From assembly GCF_018350175.1 (NCBI RefSeq), contig NC_058382.1, positions 55,120,001 through 55,184,000 of the forward strand: a DNA stretch of 64,000 bases, in the 5' to 3' direction. How positions within the stretch are numbered: the first letter of the stretch is position 1; every line of letters begins with the position of its first letter. This document shows, piece by piece, positions 48,540 to 61,849 of the stretch. Below the pieces are notes generated by a model. The model did no database searches. It saw only the letters and a list, made by a program, of their open reading frames with translations, and was not told the origin of the DNA. This DNA comes from Felis catus. Lineage: Eukaryota. Position numbers and translations under genes: made by a program.

Positions 48540-49160
48540 TCTGCAAAAACTCTATTGAGATAACTCACATACCATACAATTCACCCATTCAAAACGAACA
48601 GTGAAGTGGTTTTTAGTGTATTCATGCATCTGCACAACCAACCATGTTTCGAACCTTTGCAGTCACCTCGAAAGGAAAACCTGTTCCCTGTCGCCCTCAC
48701 CCTCTTCCCCTGCCGTAAGCGACTGCGAGTCTCCTTCCCGTCTCCGTTGATTTCCCTGTTGGGGGCGCTTCCTGTAAGTGGGATTCTAGAATGTGAAGCC
48801 TTCTGTGTCTGGCTTCATTCCCTTAGCATGACGACCCTGAGGTTCATCCACGTTGTAGCGTGTCTGCGCTTCATTCCTTTGTCCAGTTGAATAATAATCC
48901 CTCGTGTGGATTTTCCACAATTTGTTCACTCATTGATGGACCTTTGGGCCGTCCCCACTTCATGGCTGCAGTGAATTGTGTCAGGAGCGTTTGTGTACAA
49001 GTTCTTGTGAGGGTGTGTGTCTTCATTCCTCTTGGGTCTGTGCCTAGGAGCATAGTTGTTGGGTCCTGTTTTGGTGACTCTGTGTAGCCTTTTTAGGAGC
49101 TGCCGGACTGTTTGCAAGGTGGCTGCAGCCTGTTACATTCCCACCAGCGGTGTGTGGGGG
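48540..49160 (-). mobile_element. L1M 3' fragment
   Basis: attgagataactcacataccatacaattcacccatt ... tacattcccaccagcgg. Confidence 0.8.
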
Positions 49161-49684
49161 CTGTCTTTGCTCCTTTTATTCTTAGAGGGTATATCTGAAG
49201 GCTGACTTCCTTTGGGGGGAGTTTGGCAGCACCCCACAAAAGCCCATGAGGTAGGACGGTACCTGTTCCCAAGCCTTGATCTGTACCTCAGCGGGGTTCT
49301 GAACTTTGCCGTTCACAGGTCACCTCTGCTAGCTTGGCGTAGCTCTTCATTCGATGGCTCTTACCGTGAGTTCGATTAAACAGCTTTCCAAAAATTTTCT
49401 CCTGGCTTCGTAGCCAGGTATGTCTCCAGTGGCACAGAACCTGAGCCCTGTTTTGAAAACACCCGTGTGTTTAAGCAGCTGACTTTCCCCCCAGTTTTGC
49501 TTGCATTTGGCCACACTCCACCTCCCAAGTGGCCCAGAAACCTGTTGCAGCTGGGGTGGAGGTGGGGACCTGGGGAGTGTGCAACGGGCACTGCTGGTAA
49601 ATGCAGGGTGCCATACTGAGAGTGCACAGTGGGTCCCAAGCCCGGCTGATCATTAGAAATCCACAGGGGGGCTTTTTTAAAATG

Positions 49685-49871
49685 TTTTTTTAATGTTTAT
49701 TATTTATTTTTGAGAGAGAGTGCAGTGGGTGAAGAGGCAGAGAGAAGGAGGCACAGAATCTGAAGCAGGCTCCAGGCTCCGAGGTGTCAGCACAGAGCCC
49801 TTTGTGGGGCTTGAACCCACAAACCATGAGATCATGATCTGAGCCGAAGTTGGACGTTCAACTGACTGAGC
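49685..49871 (-). mobile_element. Can-SINE lacking its 5' end
   Basis: Reverse SINE ending at actgactgagc. Confidence 0.9.
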
Positions 49872-50084
49872 GTGGGAGGCTTTTAAAAGTACAACCTACT
49901 GGAACGTTCTTGGGAAGCTCATTCTAAGGGGCACGAGACCAGATTTTGGCACCTGAAATCCACGTCTGTAGGTTTTCTTTCTGTTAACTAAACGCCGTTC
50001 TGCCCTCTCCCTCTCCCTGGAGAGGCTGAGGATGACTATCGTTCACTAGGTAGGTTGGGGCTCAGTATTTTAATAAGCTCCCCA

Positions 50085-50272
50085 GGGGCACCTGGGTGGC
50101 TCAGTCGGTTGAGCGTCTAACTCTTGGTCTTGGCTCAGGTCATGATCTCACAGTTTGTGGGATCAGACCCCGCATTGGGCTCTGTGCTGTGTGGAGCCTG
50201 CTTGGGATATTCTCGCTGCCTCTCCCCTGCTCCTGCTCTCTTTCTCTCTCTCAAAATACATAAACATTAAAA
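50085..50272 (+). mobile_element. Can-SINE
   Basis: ggggcacctgggtggctcagtcggttgagc head, A-rich tail. Confidence 0.92.
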
Positions 50273-51239
50273 GAACCCCACCACAGGTGGTCCTGGTAAC
50301 TAGCCAGGTTTGGTGTATGCTGCTCCAGAGATGACCACCTAACCTTCCTTTGTTCCGTATTTCAATGTCTTCTCTGCCAGGCACTGTCCTAGGTACTGAA
50401 GACATGGCTGTAACTAGATTCTAATCCACGTGGAGCTAACAGTGTTTCATTAGGAACAAGCAGCATGGGCTTTGACTTCAGCACCGTTTGAGAGGCTTTG
50501 CTGTGTGACCATGGGCAAGTTACATCTGCTTTCCAAAATTAAATTCTCTTAGGTCTAGAAAGGAAATGATATTGGTGTCCATAACCCTGCAGAATCATGG
50601 TTGGGAGTGAATACATGGGTTAATACATCAGAGGGGGGTCACCATGGTCACTAACAGGGGATTAGCCCACAACCAGTGGGAATTGCTGCTGCATTTTTGC
50701 AACTGCTGTTGCTGATGAGTGGCGTCCAGCTTGTCTGGGGTGGCAAAGTCTTGCCTGGGTGCTTGGACTTTTATTGGAGGTCAGCGGGAATCCACTGATG
50801 GCTTTCCAGAAGAGGGATGAGGTGATCACATTTGCATTTTGGAACCTGCTCGGCCAGTCCTGTGTGAGATGGATGTGTTTGTGGTAAAGGGACAGAAAAA
50901 GCCCGTTCTGGGATAGAGAGCTCAGGAATGGTGCTCCCTGACTGCTCAGAGCAAGCCTTCAGGTCCCTGATGGGAGACTCTCAGGGCCGTGGCTCTGGTG
51001 TGCTGTCAGAAGGGTGACCTCCTGAGGGGGATCTCCAAGCCGCAGCGTTCCTTCTGGGCTTCTGGTCAGCATGAACCTGCAGGTGACTGTGAGGTCTGCT
51101 GGCCAGCACGGGGGAGCTCAGGCATGTGGTTTGGGAGTACTTGGCGAGTGGTGTGTGACTTTTGGACATGGATCACACAGTCCCCCCCGGCCCCCCAGGC
51201 CTGGGTGACAGTAGGTACACATGGGTCCTGCTGTCTACA

Positions 51240-51451
51240 GCAGGGCACTCCTCCCCTGGCCCACTGGGAGCATTTGGCAATCCCTGGGTGATACTTTTAG
51301 CCATCATAACTGGGAGTGTTGTACTCCTGGCACCTAGTGGATCGAGGCCAGGGATACTGCTAAATAAACATCTTACAATGCCCAGGATAGCCTGCACCAC
51401 AAATAATAATCCCGTACAAAGTGTCAGTGGTGTTGAGGTAGAGAAACCCTG
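51240..51451. mobile_element. MER20
   Basis: catttggcaat ... ggcacctagtggatcgaggccagggatactgctaaa ... gttgaggtagagaaaccctg. Confidence 0.75.
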
Positions 51452-52483
51452 GTCTCCCGTCACGCGTTGGTTTGCTTAGAGCCGGAATAGGGTTTCTCTT
51501 TGGACCCTGTCATGATGGAGCGATTTCATGTGTTCAGCCTGTATCTGCTGTCCTCTTGGGTTCTGGGCTGCGGGGGGAGAGGAGGAAGGATGGATCCCCT
51601 GCCCTGGCGGGGAGCAGACTTAGCAACCGGCCAGTGCAGGATCGTGTGATCAGTATCACAGTGAGGGTCTAGGCTGGGTACCCTGTGAGGAAGGAGGGTT
51701 CTTACTGGTCTGGGTGTAGAGGAGGGGGAATAGGTGGAGGCCTCTCCCGGAGGAGCTTCTTGGGTGGTGACTTAGAGGAGAGAATTGCTGGGTGGCCTGC
51801 AGGATGGCTGTCCTGAAGCAGGATCAGCAGGTGGCATTGAATATGAGCGAGTAGGTTTGTGGGTCAGAGATTTGGGCAGGGCTCAGCTGGGTGATTCTAT
51901 TCTTTGTGACCTGGACTGAGGTCATTTGGTGATACTCAACTGGTATGTCACTTGGTCTGGAAGTTTCCAGAATCTTCACTCCCATGTCTGGGGCCTTGGT
52001 GGTGATGGGTGGAAGATGAGGCTTAGTTGGGATAAATGAGTGTCTATTGCTGCTGGACCCAGAGCAGTTGGGCTTACATGGTGCCTGGCATCCCCCAGAG
52101 GGTGTGTTCCAAGAGTCCCAGGCAGAAGCTGCTTAGTGTCAGGAGTCCCAGAGCATCACTCGCACCAGTTCAGGTCACTAAGGCCAACTCCGGTTCAAGG
52201 AATGGGGACTCCCCTCTTGAGGAGTGGTGGCATGCATGTCCAGGGTGGAAAGGAGCTGGTAGTGGCTGTCCACCTTGGAGCCAGTGAGTGCATTTGGACT
52301 CTGGATCCAGACCTATAGCTCAAGTCCCTGCTCTGCCACCTGCTAAGTATGTGATCTGAGCCACTCTGTGCCTCAGTTTACCTGTCAAAATGAGGTGATA
52401 GATCCTATTTAATATGAATTACATGAATTTTAAAAGAGGCAAGAATTAAGTGGACTTTATTTAATGTACTTTAAAAAAATAGA

Positions 52484-52671
52484 TTTTAATGTTTATATTT
52501 GAGAGAGAAAGTGTGAGTGGGGGAGGTACAGAGAGAGAGGGAGAGAGAGGATCCAAAGCAGGCTCTGTGCTGACAGCAGAGAGCCTGATGTGGGGCTCGA
52601 ATTCACAAACTGTGAGATCATGACCTGAGCTGAAGTTGGATGCTTAACCAACTGAGCCACCCAGGTGCCCC
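52484..52671 (-). mobile_element. Can-SINE
   Basis: Reverse SINE ending ccaggtgcccc. Confidence 0.92.
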
Positions 52672-52768
52672 AGTGTGCTTTTTTAATACGTGGGAAATAT
52701 TGCATAATTGAAATGGAACACAATAAAATAAAAAAAGAAACTGGTGGGGAGTCCCAAGCACTGGCTTC

Positions 52769-53000
52769 TTTTTTTTTTTTTAATAAGTATTTTTAAAAAA
52801 TTTTTGATGTTTATTTTTGAGAGAGAGAAAGAGACAGAGCATGAGTGGGGGGAGAGGCAAAGAGAGGGAGACACAGAATCCAAAGCAGGCTCCAGGCTCT
52901 GAGCTGGCAGCACAGAGTCCGACACGGGGCTTGAACCACAAACCGCGAGATCATGACTTGAGCTAAAGTCAGATGCTTAACACACTGAGCCACCCAGGCG
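52769..53000 (-). mobile_element. Can-SINE
   Basis: Reverse SINE; flanking cccaagc(a/c)ctggcttct duplicates. Confidence 0.92.
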
Positions 53001-54394
53001 TGCCTCCCCTGCCAACGCCCCCAAGCCCTGGCTTCTAAAGAAGACTAGATCTTAAGCCACTCACCTCTTGGCTCTCAGTTTCCCTTTTACTTTCCAAGGG
53101 TGATGGTAAGATGCTGACCGGGCTTCCTTCCAACCCTGGCCTCCTGGAGATCCTTGGAATATAGGGAGGGAGCCCATGGGCCAGCTGGGAGATGCTGTGT
53201 GTGCGTTTTCTTCGCTTCCAGGGGCATCAGCTGAGTCTCCAGCTAGAAAGGAGCCCACTCGGGGGCCTTTCTGAGTTCACCCTTTAGGGCCCTGCTACAT
53301 CTTCTGCATTTGGGGGGCCTGGAATGTGCCTCGGGAGCTGACGCAGGGCCACCTGTTTGTGGAGTCTGGATAGGGTTGGTGGGGCGATGGGCCGCCTTGG
53401 AGGGTGTGGACCATGGCCATCTCTACTGAATAGGCTCCTGTCCTGAAGTTTGCACGCATGTCTTCTCCATCTGCTTATTTTTGGCAAGGTACGGCTGCTG
53501 GTGAATGAGGGATTCTCAAAAATAGGAGCTGTTCTGTTTCCCTGGTTTGGGTCCTTGGCGTGGCCGCCTGGCGATGACGATGACGTTGTCGATGACGGGA
53601 GCCGCCTCTAACGAGTGCTGTCTGTGTACTGGTGCCTGTGTAAGCACATCACGTACAACAGCTCGTTAATTCTTCACAGTGACCCCGGGAAGCTCTGTTT
53701 ATGAGGGCACGGAGTCCTGTGGAGACTAGGTGACGTGCCCACGGCCACACAGCCACGAACAGGCAGAGCTATAATTTGTATTCATGCTGTCTGCCTTCGG
53801 AGTCTCATATCTTCTTCCTGCTGTGTTCGTTTCTCTTCCTGGGTGATCTCTGATGTTTCAGTTCTGTGTGTGATGGAGAAGCATGTTGTTGGGGACCCAA
53901 GAACAGCAGTTCCACTCAAGTTCTCATTTTTACAATGGGAGGGAAATGCGTCATTCCTTATGTGTGCAGAGGACACGCTTGGCTGGGTGCTGGAGATGCC
54001 AGGAGGAAGAGGCCTCTTGAAGTGCCCTGGTTAGCAGGGAGACAGGCGTGCCGGGAGACCACACAGTGTGGACAGCTGCTGACAGAGCCAGGACCATTGA
54101 AACAGCGTGGTTCTTATCCCCACTAGTTCTGAAATCCATCTTGGGGCTTCGAAGCCGTTAAAAAAAATGATTATTTTTGCAAGTTGTTATCGAAATGTTT
54201 TTGAAAGAGTGGAGAAGTGGTTGTTTTTGTACCGGCATCATCCCCCGCCTGCAAAGAAATGCATTGTCTGAAAGCGGCCCCCACCCTCCTTCAGTCAAAC
54301 ATCCCATCAGAAAGGAGATTCAGCCAGTGCCCTCCGTGTCTGTAAACTTATTTATTTGTTGGTTTAGACGTGTGGTTATGGTTGACGATAGCAG

Positions 54395-54620
54395 GGACTT
54401 GAGAGTCTGAGTGCCTGGATCTCCTCCCAGCCCTGCCACCTCACTGGGGTGTGATCTTGGGCCACTTGTCACCTCTTTGTGCCTCTGTTTCCTCGCCTGT
54501 AAAAACAGTAATGAAAGAATGTCTTGCATCAGACTTCTGGGAGCCTTAACTGAAGTAATACAGAGGCAGTGCTCTCGACACTGCTGAGCACAGCAGAGGC
54601 AGGTTCTCAAGTATTGGCTG
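54395..54620 (+). mobile_element. MIR
   Basis: tgtgatcttgggccacttgtcacctctttgtgcctctgtttcctcgcctgtaaaa. Confidence 0.7.
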
Positions 54621-56164
54621 CTCTTGGCATCCTTGTCATGATCCTTGTCATTGTCCTCATCAAACATAAAGGGAAATGGTACTGGAGAAAGGATGAGATA
54701 AATATTAGAACTTCCATTTATACAGTGATTTTCCTTCCTGATCGCCTTCTGGCGTATATATTCTCCATGACAGAGACCGCTGGTACGAAAAACAGAACTG
54801 ACCTTTTTATTCTTGACCTTGATTCCGACCTGCTTGGCTGCTGGACGGTTGAGGAATTGATTTCTGTGGTTGTTCATGGGTTGTTTTCTGTCCTGGATAA
54901 CGATTACTTGTTGTTCTTAGGATTTGTTCCTTTGTTGATTTTAGCAAATACTCAAAGGACTGAGTGTGTGTTTGGTGTTAGACTTGTCACTGGGAATAAA
55001 GTGTCGAATAGGGCCACAGAGATGCATAAAGCAACTTACAGTTTCCTAGGACAGAAAAAGCCAAACTAATCATTCAAGCATTTGGGATTGTGATGGATGC
55101 TAGGAAGGTAAGAATCCAGGCACTGTGACAGAGTAGCCAGGGAAGAAGACTATTTTAGTAGAGTAGATCTCGGGGAAGCCTCTCTGTGGAGGTGATACTT
55201 GACCTGGACTTGATGGGTAAGCAGGAGGGAGCCATGGGAGGCTCTGTGGGGAGAGCAGTCCAGGCAGAGGACACCGCAGCAAAGCTTCTGTGTTAGTCAG
55301 GGGCGAAGTGCAGTGACAAAAGATGTCTTCATACAAGTTTCTCACCAAGTCCTGAAACAGTGGGATTGAGGGGTGGGGCTCTGCTGTGGGGTAGTTAGGT
55401 ACCCTCTAAGACATCTGAGGCTGCCTCAGGATCCTCTGTGTCCAGCCAGCATGTGGGGGAAGAGGGAGAGTGGAGGATGCCTTAAGAGGTGTTGATGGCC
55501 TGGGCCTGCAAGGTGGAAGGTTCCCAACTTCCACTGACAAGGAATTGGCATGTGACGTGCTGCAAAGGTTGCTGGGAAATGTGACCAGCCTGTGTGCCGT
55601 TCAGAATGAGAAGTGGGTTTGATAGGCATCTTCCAGGCTCTTCGTGGCCCCTAATTGTGGAGGGGGCAGAGGTGGCTGTAGGAACCCAACTGATGGCTAG
55701 AGAACAGAATGATTGTAGGGACTTGGTGGGGGGGGGGCAGGTGGAGTTCTTGTAGGAATCCAAGAACATAGACAACTTTACCCGGTAAGTGGGCCTCATG
55801 GGAAGGGGGGATGGTGGCACTGAGGACTCTGCCATCTGTCTGACAAGAGCCGCAGACAGTGGCTTCTCTCCATGGTCGGGCCTCCTCGCCCCTGTTAAGC
55901 TTCCCTGCAGCCATGGTTGGGTCCTCCCCAGCAAAGCCGTTCTCCATCCTCACTCCTTGGGTGGCCTCCTCCGTGAAGCCTGTGGTTTCCCAGCCTCCCA
56001 AGAGTGGACTCCTGAGGGAGGCCTGTGATTGGCTGGGTCTTCTTGAGCCAGTGCATGGGGATTGGCTATTTCGAAGCCAGCATCCCCTCTTTGGTTTGGT
56101 AGTTGGCCTCTCCTGGTGGGGGGCATAGTCTGGAAGCTTCAGGACTTACGGGCAGGGGTGGGTC

Positions 56165-56605
56165 CCTGTAATGGGTTGAGTTGTGACCTCCCCCCCAATT
56201 TCCTGTATCAAAGCCCTAACCCCCTGTACCTCAGACCGTGAGCTTATTTGGAAATTGGATCTTTGTAGACATATTAGTTAAGGTGAGGTCATGCTGATGT
56301 CCGGTGGGGCCCTCATCCAATATAACCGTGTGCTGGAGGAGACACACAAGGAGAGAAGGTCCCGCCATGAGGGGCGCAGGCGTGGGAGTGCGGCCTTGAC
56401 AAGTAGGGGACCACCAAGGTGGCCAGCAGTGCCGGAAGATGGGGGAGAGGCATGGAACAGATCATCTCCCCCAGCCCTCAGGTACCAACCCCGCCCACCC
56501 CGTGGTCTGGGGTTTCCAGCCTCCACAACTGTGAGGCAGTACATTTCTGTTTAGGCCACCCAGTCTGTGGTCCTTTGTTACGGCAGCCCTAGCAAATGAA
56601 TACAC
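56165..56605. mobile_element. MaLR (MLT1-type) LTR
   Basis: tgtaatgggttgagttgtg ... ttatttggaaattggatctttgtagac ... tttgttacggcagccctagcaaatgaataca. Confidence 0.82.
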
Positions 56606-56616
56606 TCCCCTTTAAA

Positions 56617-56826
56617 TTTTTTTTTTAAGTCTATTTATTCTTGAGAGATAGAGACAGAGCGTGAGCTGGGGAGGGGCAGACAGAGAGGGAGACACAGAAT
56701 CCTTTACAGGCTCCAAGCTCTGAGCTGTCAGCACAGAGACCGGCGCGGGGCTCGAACTCACGAACTGTGAGATCATGACCTGAGCCGAAGCCGGGCGCTT
56801 AACCGACTGAGCCACCCAGGCGCCCC
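56617..56826 (-). mobile_element. Can-SINE
   Basis: TSD aatacactcccctttaaa at 56599-56616 and 56830-56847. Confidence 0.94.
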
Positions 56827-57019
56827 ACAAATACACTCCCCTTTAAAAGGGGACTGAACGGCAGTGGGGTGAGCACGGCCACTGAGGTGTCCATCTGGCC
56901 GCAGGTATTCTGGGCAAGGTGCAGTTGGCCGTGAAGGACTTGAGGGGCCCTGGCTTTCCTTCAACCGTCCTCTTCCTTCCTGGCTACATTCGTCTTGGCC
57001 ATTGGCCTTGGATAATTGT

Positions 57020-57230
57020 GTGTACTGTGGCACCAGCCTGCTTAGGTTTGAATCCAGAGTCCATGGCTTTTTAGCTGTGTGGCCTTGGGCAAGAGACTTA
57101 ACTGTCTGTGCTTCTGTTTCCTCATCTGTAAAATGGGAAGAATGGTAGTGCCTGCCTTAAAGAGTTGTTAGGAGGGTCAGATGTGCTCCCGTAGGAAACC
57201 ACCTAGGTACCTGGGAAGGTTTGCTGTTGT
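57020..57230 (+). mobile_element. MIR
   Basis: ctgtgtggccttgggcaag ... tttcctcatctgtaaaatggg. Confidence 0.75.
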
Positions 57231-58972
57231 TACTACCGCTCAGGCTTCTCTCCTGTCTCCTGCAAGTATATACCCTGAATTCTCTCCTCCCAGCAACCAA
57301 GCCTCCCCTTTGAAGGACGCTGTGCATGTCGAGTTAGTTGTGGTTGGTCCCTTTGGTGCTCCCAAGGCTGTGGGGTGTGGACATGGGTCTTTTTCATCCG
57401 GCTCTTGGGAAACTTGGTGTCCCAGCTCGGAGCTCCATCTGGGGCTGTTGGTGAGGACAGGAGAGGCAGCTGGAGTGTAGATACATCCCCCTGGGAGAAG
57501 CCAGGGAGCCGGGTGCAGGGAGCCTCTGTCCCTTGCATCTCTGTAAGCCCTGGGGTGGGTGTGTACCCCACTTTGTGTCGTTAGAGTCTCCTGAATAGTT
57601 GGTGCAAATCAGATCTCTTGTGGATGTCTAGGGAGGGAGCTGTTAAGAGCGATCGCTCAGTGATTGATTTTAGGAAGAAACTCCTCCCCACTGCCTGCCA
57701 CCCAGTGGATCTTAGAGATAAGCGTGCATTGTCACATAGCAGGGTAGCAGAGTGACAGGTCTTGTTTTGTCTTGGAAGAGACTGAAGTGCTGTGCATTTT
57801 GCATTTGAAGCTAGAAATCCTGGTGGTGGCTTTTCCTGCCGCCCGGCAATGCTTGACTTGGAGCCAGGCCCTCCGCGGTCCTTCACCCCAGAATGTGGGC
57901 TCCGGGAGGCAGGGGCAGGTCCGTTCAGCTTTCCAGTGTGGGATCCCCAGCACCTTGCCCGGGGTGAACGGTGGACACATGGGGGAAAGGACCTCGATGC
58001 CCCCCCCTGCAGTCTGTACTCCCCCTTTTCTCCCCAGAGATGGCAGTATCTTGGGTTAAGGTAGAGCATCTCCGTGACAACTTCCTTTTGAACCACACAC
58101 ACAGCCCTGAGCTTATTGGCAGCATGACGCTGAGCACCCCAGGCCCCCTTGTGCCTCAGGCTTCTCAAGTGAGAGCTGGGATGATGGCAGAGTTTGCTGG
58201 TGGGTTCGGTGCAAGGATTAAATTTGTAAATGCACGTAATCGCCTGGTCTGTACTTGACCGGGGTGCCTCGTGCTCATGCTGCCCTGATGGCTCGTCATT
58301 GCCTGCATTTGTGTGTTCTGGGAAGTGTTCGAGGGGCTGTGGTGTGGCCCCTACACGCAGACGGACTTTTAGGGTTAAGGTCCCTTGGGTTCGAGCCTTG
58401 GGCAGGCCAGCGTGTCCGCCCCTTGCCTCTGTCCTTGGAGGCTGGGGTAGTCTGACCTTGGAGAAGAGGAGTGTCAACAGGGCCGTGGTGTTTTGGAAAC
58501 AGCAACAGTGATGATGCCAGTTCCAGCACGGCCGGAAGAAGCTTTCACCTGACCCAAGCTGCAGTCACAGCCAAGGGCGGGAGTGGGCTTGGGGGCCGGG
58601 GTGAGGTGTCTAGTGTGTGAAGGATTCTGTTTCAAGGAGGGAGAACATGGCACTTTGTAATTTGTAGAAGGGAGACTGGCAAAGTTAGTGTCCGCACAGC
58701 GGGAGAGAGACAGGAAGAGAAGGCCCTGTGGGGCTCATGGTGGGGGCGGGGTGTGATGTCAGCCTTTGCGGGTGAGGGCCTGGGGCCTGGCTGGAGGAGG
58801 GCCTGTGTCCCTGGGGAGCTAAGAAGGACCCAAACAGGGGTGGCCAAGCGTGAACGGCCAGTTCCCTATTGAAGACAGCTCTGAGCTGATCTCCTCTGAC
58901 CTGCGTTTGCCCTGATTAATTCTGACTTCGTTTTCCTTGAAGAAGTAACATATATTCATTAGCAGAAACATG

Positions 58973-59156
58973 TTTTTTAAAGTTTATTTATTGGGGGGGG
59001 GGAGGGGCAGAGAGAGAGGGAGAAAGAGAATTCTAAGCAGGCTCCATACTGCCAGCGCAGAGCCCAATGTGGAGCTCGAACCCGCAGCAGTGAGATCATG
59101 ACCTGAGCTGAAGCCAAGCGTCGGGTGCTTAACTGACTGAGCCACACAGGCCCCCC
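58973..59156 (-). mobile_element. Can-SINE
   Basis: Reverse SINE body and head. Confidence 0.9.
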
Positions 59157-59353
59157 AGCAGACATATTTTTAACGATAACTGGGTGAGGGTAACAGCCCC
59201 TTCCCCCCTGACCAGAGGCATGTGTGTTAAAAGTTGGTCTACACACTTCTGTTTTTTTTTGTTCGTTTGTTTTTGCAAGACATAAATGATTTTTATAAAA
59301 TGCAATATTCTAGCACCGTGCCTTTTCCATTTAGTGCTACATTGGGACCACTT

Positions 59354-59573
59354 AAAAAAATTTTTTAATGTTTGTTTTTCAGAGAGAGAGAGAAAGAGAG
59401 ACAGGGAGTGAGCAGGAGAGGGGCAGAGAGAGAGGGAGACCGAGAATCTGAAACAGGCTCCAGGCTCTGAGCTATCAGCACAGAGCCCGATGTGGGGCTC
59501 AAACTCACAAACTGTGAGATCATGACCTGAGCGGAAGTTGGATGCTTAACCGACTGAGCCACCCGGGCACCCC
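59354..59573 (-). mobile_element. Can-SINE
   Basis: TSD tgggaccactt. Confidence 0.93.
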
Positions 59574-59864
59574 ATGGGACCACTTCTTGTTATAAGCTGT
59601 CCTCTTAAGGCCTGACAGCCTGGGTTCAAATCTTGGCCCTGTCACTTAAAATGTTGGTGACCATGGACAAGTTAGCCTCCCGTTGTATAGATCCCATCTA
59701 TAGAGTGGGATCACAGTAGTGCCTTCCTTAGAGGATTCTCATGGGGATTAGGTGAACATGTTGCACACTTTGGGATAGTGCCTCACAAGTATCCCAGAGC
59801 ACTCAATAACACCATCACTGGTGATGGTGGGGGTGGTGATTATTATTTCGGTGCACTCTGGTAA

Positions 59865-60352
59865 GTAGAACAAAGTCCCCGGCCCAAGAGGTTCCCATCG
59901 TAATCTCTAGAATTGGTGACTAGGTTCTCCTCTATGGCAGAAGGCTCTCTACAGATGTGATTAACTTGATCTTGAGACGGGTAGATTATTCTGGATTATG
60001 GATGGGGGAGTGGTGTTATCACAGTGGTTGTTATCAGTGAAAGAGGGAGGAGGGTCAGAGTCTGAGAAGGAGATGTGATGACAGAGCAGAGGGCAGAGAG
60101 GTGAAATGAGTGGCTTTGAAGTTGGAAGGGGTCCACAAGCCAAGGGATGCAAGCCGTCTCCAGAAGCTGGAAAAGGCACAGGAGCAGATTCTCCCGTAGA
60201 GCCCTCGGAAGGAAGGGATCCTTTCTGACACCTTGGTTTCAGCCCAGGGAGACCCATTCTGCTCACCTGCAAAGCAGTAAGATCATGTGTGTTGTCTTAA
60301 CTCCCTGAGTTTGTGGTTAATTTGTTACAGCAGCCACTGGAAATGACTATAG
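59865..60352. mobile_element. MaLR (MLT1D-like) LTR
   Basis: cttgagacgggtagattattctggattat ... ccagaagctggaaaaggca ... tttgttacagcagccactggaaatgactata. Confidence 0.8.
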
Positions 60353-61162
60353 CCTCCTATCCAACTTAGGCAAATCATAATATTTGCTTTGGATCTTGGT
60401 TTTTAAGAAGAGAGTGCATATAGCTAAGTCCTCACCTATACGCCTTCCTCCCTAGGGAAGCCAGGATGTCACTTTGATAATTACTCCCGTGCATTTTCTA
60501 ACACTGTGAAAACTTGCGTCTTTAATTAGCGTACAGTCTCTTGTTAGGCATCCATATTGATATCAGTGGCTTTCTTTTAACTGCATTTAGGTTTCATTCC
60601 ATAAGGGCCCCTGATAGGACACCTGTTCTTTTGATGATGGTAATTTAGGTTATTTCCTATGGTGGAAATCTTTCTGAGCATATGCCTTCTGTTTTGTTAT
60701 AACTGGTTGTAGCTTTTGCCCTTTATCTTTTATTTTTAATTTTTTAATCCGTTTTATATTTTTGGGTATCATGTAGCTTATTAGTTTGCTATGTCTAACA
60801 TTGATCCTGGGAGTATTTTTATTGCTAACTCTTAGGCACATCCCTGGTAATTTCCATAGGATGAATTGCTAGAAGAATTTCTGGGAGGAAGGAAAGGCTG
60901 TGTCCTGGGCTGTGGGTGCAGTGGTCCCCAGAAAGGCCGTGCCGACTTGTAACCACCCCCCCCCCCTTGCTAGCATCTGGGCATCTGTCAGCTTTTATAT
61001 CTTTGGCAGATGTTAAATTCACAGGCAGTGAAAGGTCTTGTGAGCATTGTGGTTCCTCTTCCTCGTTTGGTAGTTGTTCTGTCCCAGGATGTGAAACCAG
61101 AAGCACGACTCCTCTTTTGGCTGAAGACCGTGGATCTCACTGTGGCATCAACGTGACCGATT

Positions 61163-61316
61163 GGGGGGCACCTGGGGGGGGCACCTGGGTGGCTCAGTTG
61201 GTTGAGTGTCCGACTTTGGCTCAGGTCCTCATCTCACGGTTCATGAATCTGAGCCCCATGTCAGGCTCTCTGCTGTCAGCGCAGAGCCCGCTTTGGATCC
61301 TCCCTACTCTCTCTCC

Positions 61317-61371
<55 letters not shown>

Positions 61372-61394
61372 AATAAACATTAAAAACAAAAAAC
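61163..61394 (+). mobile_element. Can-SINE with duplicated 5' tip
   Basis: ggggggcacct-ggggggggcacct-gggtggctcag; long (CT)n. Confidence 0.92.
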
Positions 61395-61849
61395 CTGAGC
61401 AATTGGGATGGTGGTAGGAAAACGTATGAACCCATACTGTGGGCCAAGGCCTCTGATAGGTCCCCACTTAACCCACCCAGCAACCCCGTGAGGTTGATAT
61501 TTTCCTGATCTGCTGGATGAGAAGTTTGACGTCGAGGCAAGTCTAGTAACGTCTAAGGTTGGCAGCCTGGATATACTTCCAGTTATTCTGATGGCTCAGC
61601 TCATTTGTGTGTCAGGCTGTCTCCAGGGAGGAGTTGGGTGTCCTTTTCCTTTCTTGAGAGGGAGGCCTTGCATGACCTTTCATTTTGTAATTGCTTCCAA
61701 AAATCTGCGTAGGGTTGCCCCAGAGTGGTCCGCAGGGAAGGGGCTGGATTCTAGTTCCCCGAGGCAGGGAGCGTCTTGTCTGTCTCTGCACTTGTAACGC
61801 CAGGAGTTTCCAGTAGGCGCTCAATAAATGTACGCTGCTGAGCCACCAC

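Noticed and set aside
54569..55069. 166-aa ORF with hydrophobic, membrane-like segments in intron 2
   Set aside because: Starts at GTG inside a MIR and ends in L2-like sequence; hydrophobicity follows from T-rich DNA; no convincing splice sites or homology.
57581..58477. 298-aa antisense ORF in intron 2
   Set aside because: Non-ATG start, no recognisable domain, crosses MIR-like sequence; other frames are also partly open.
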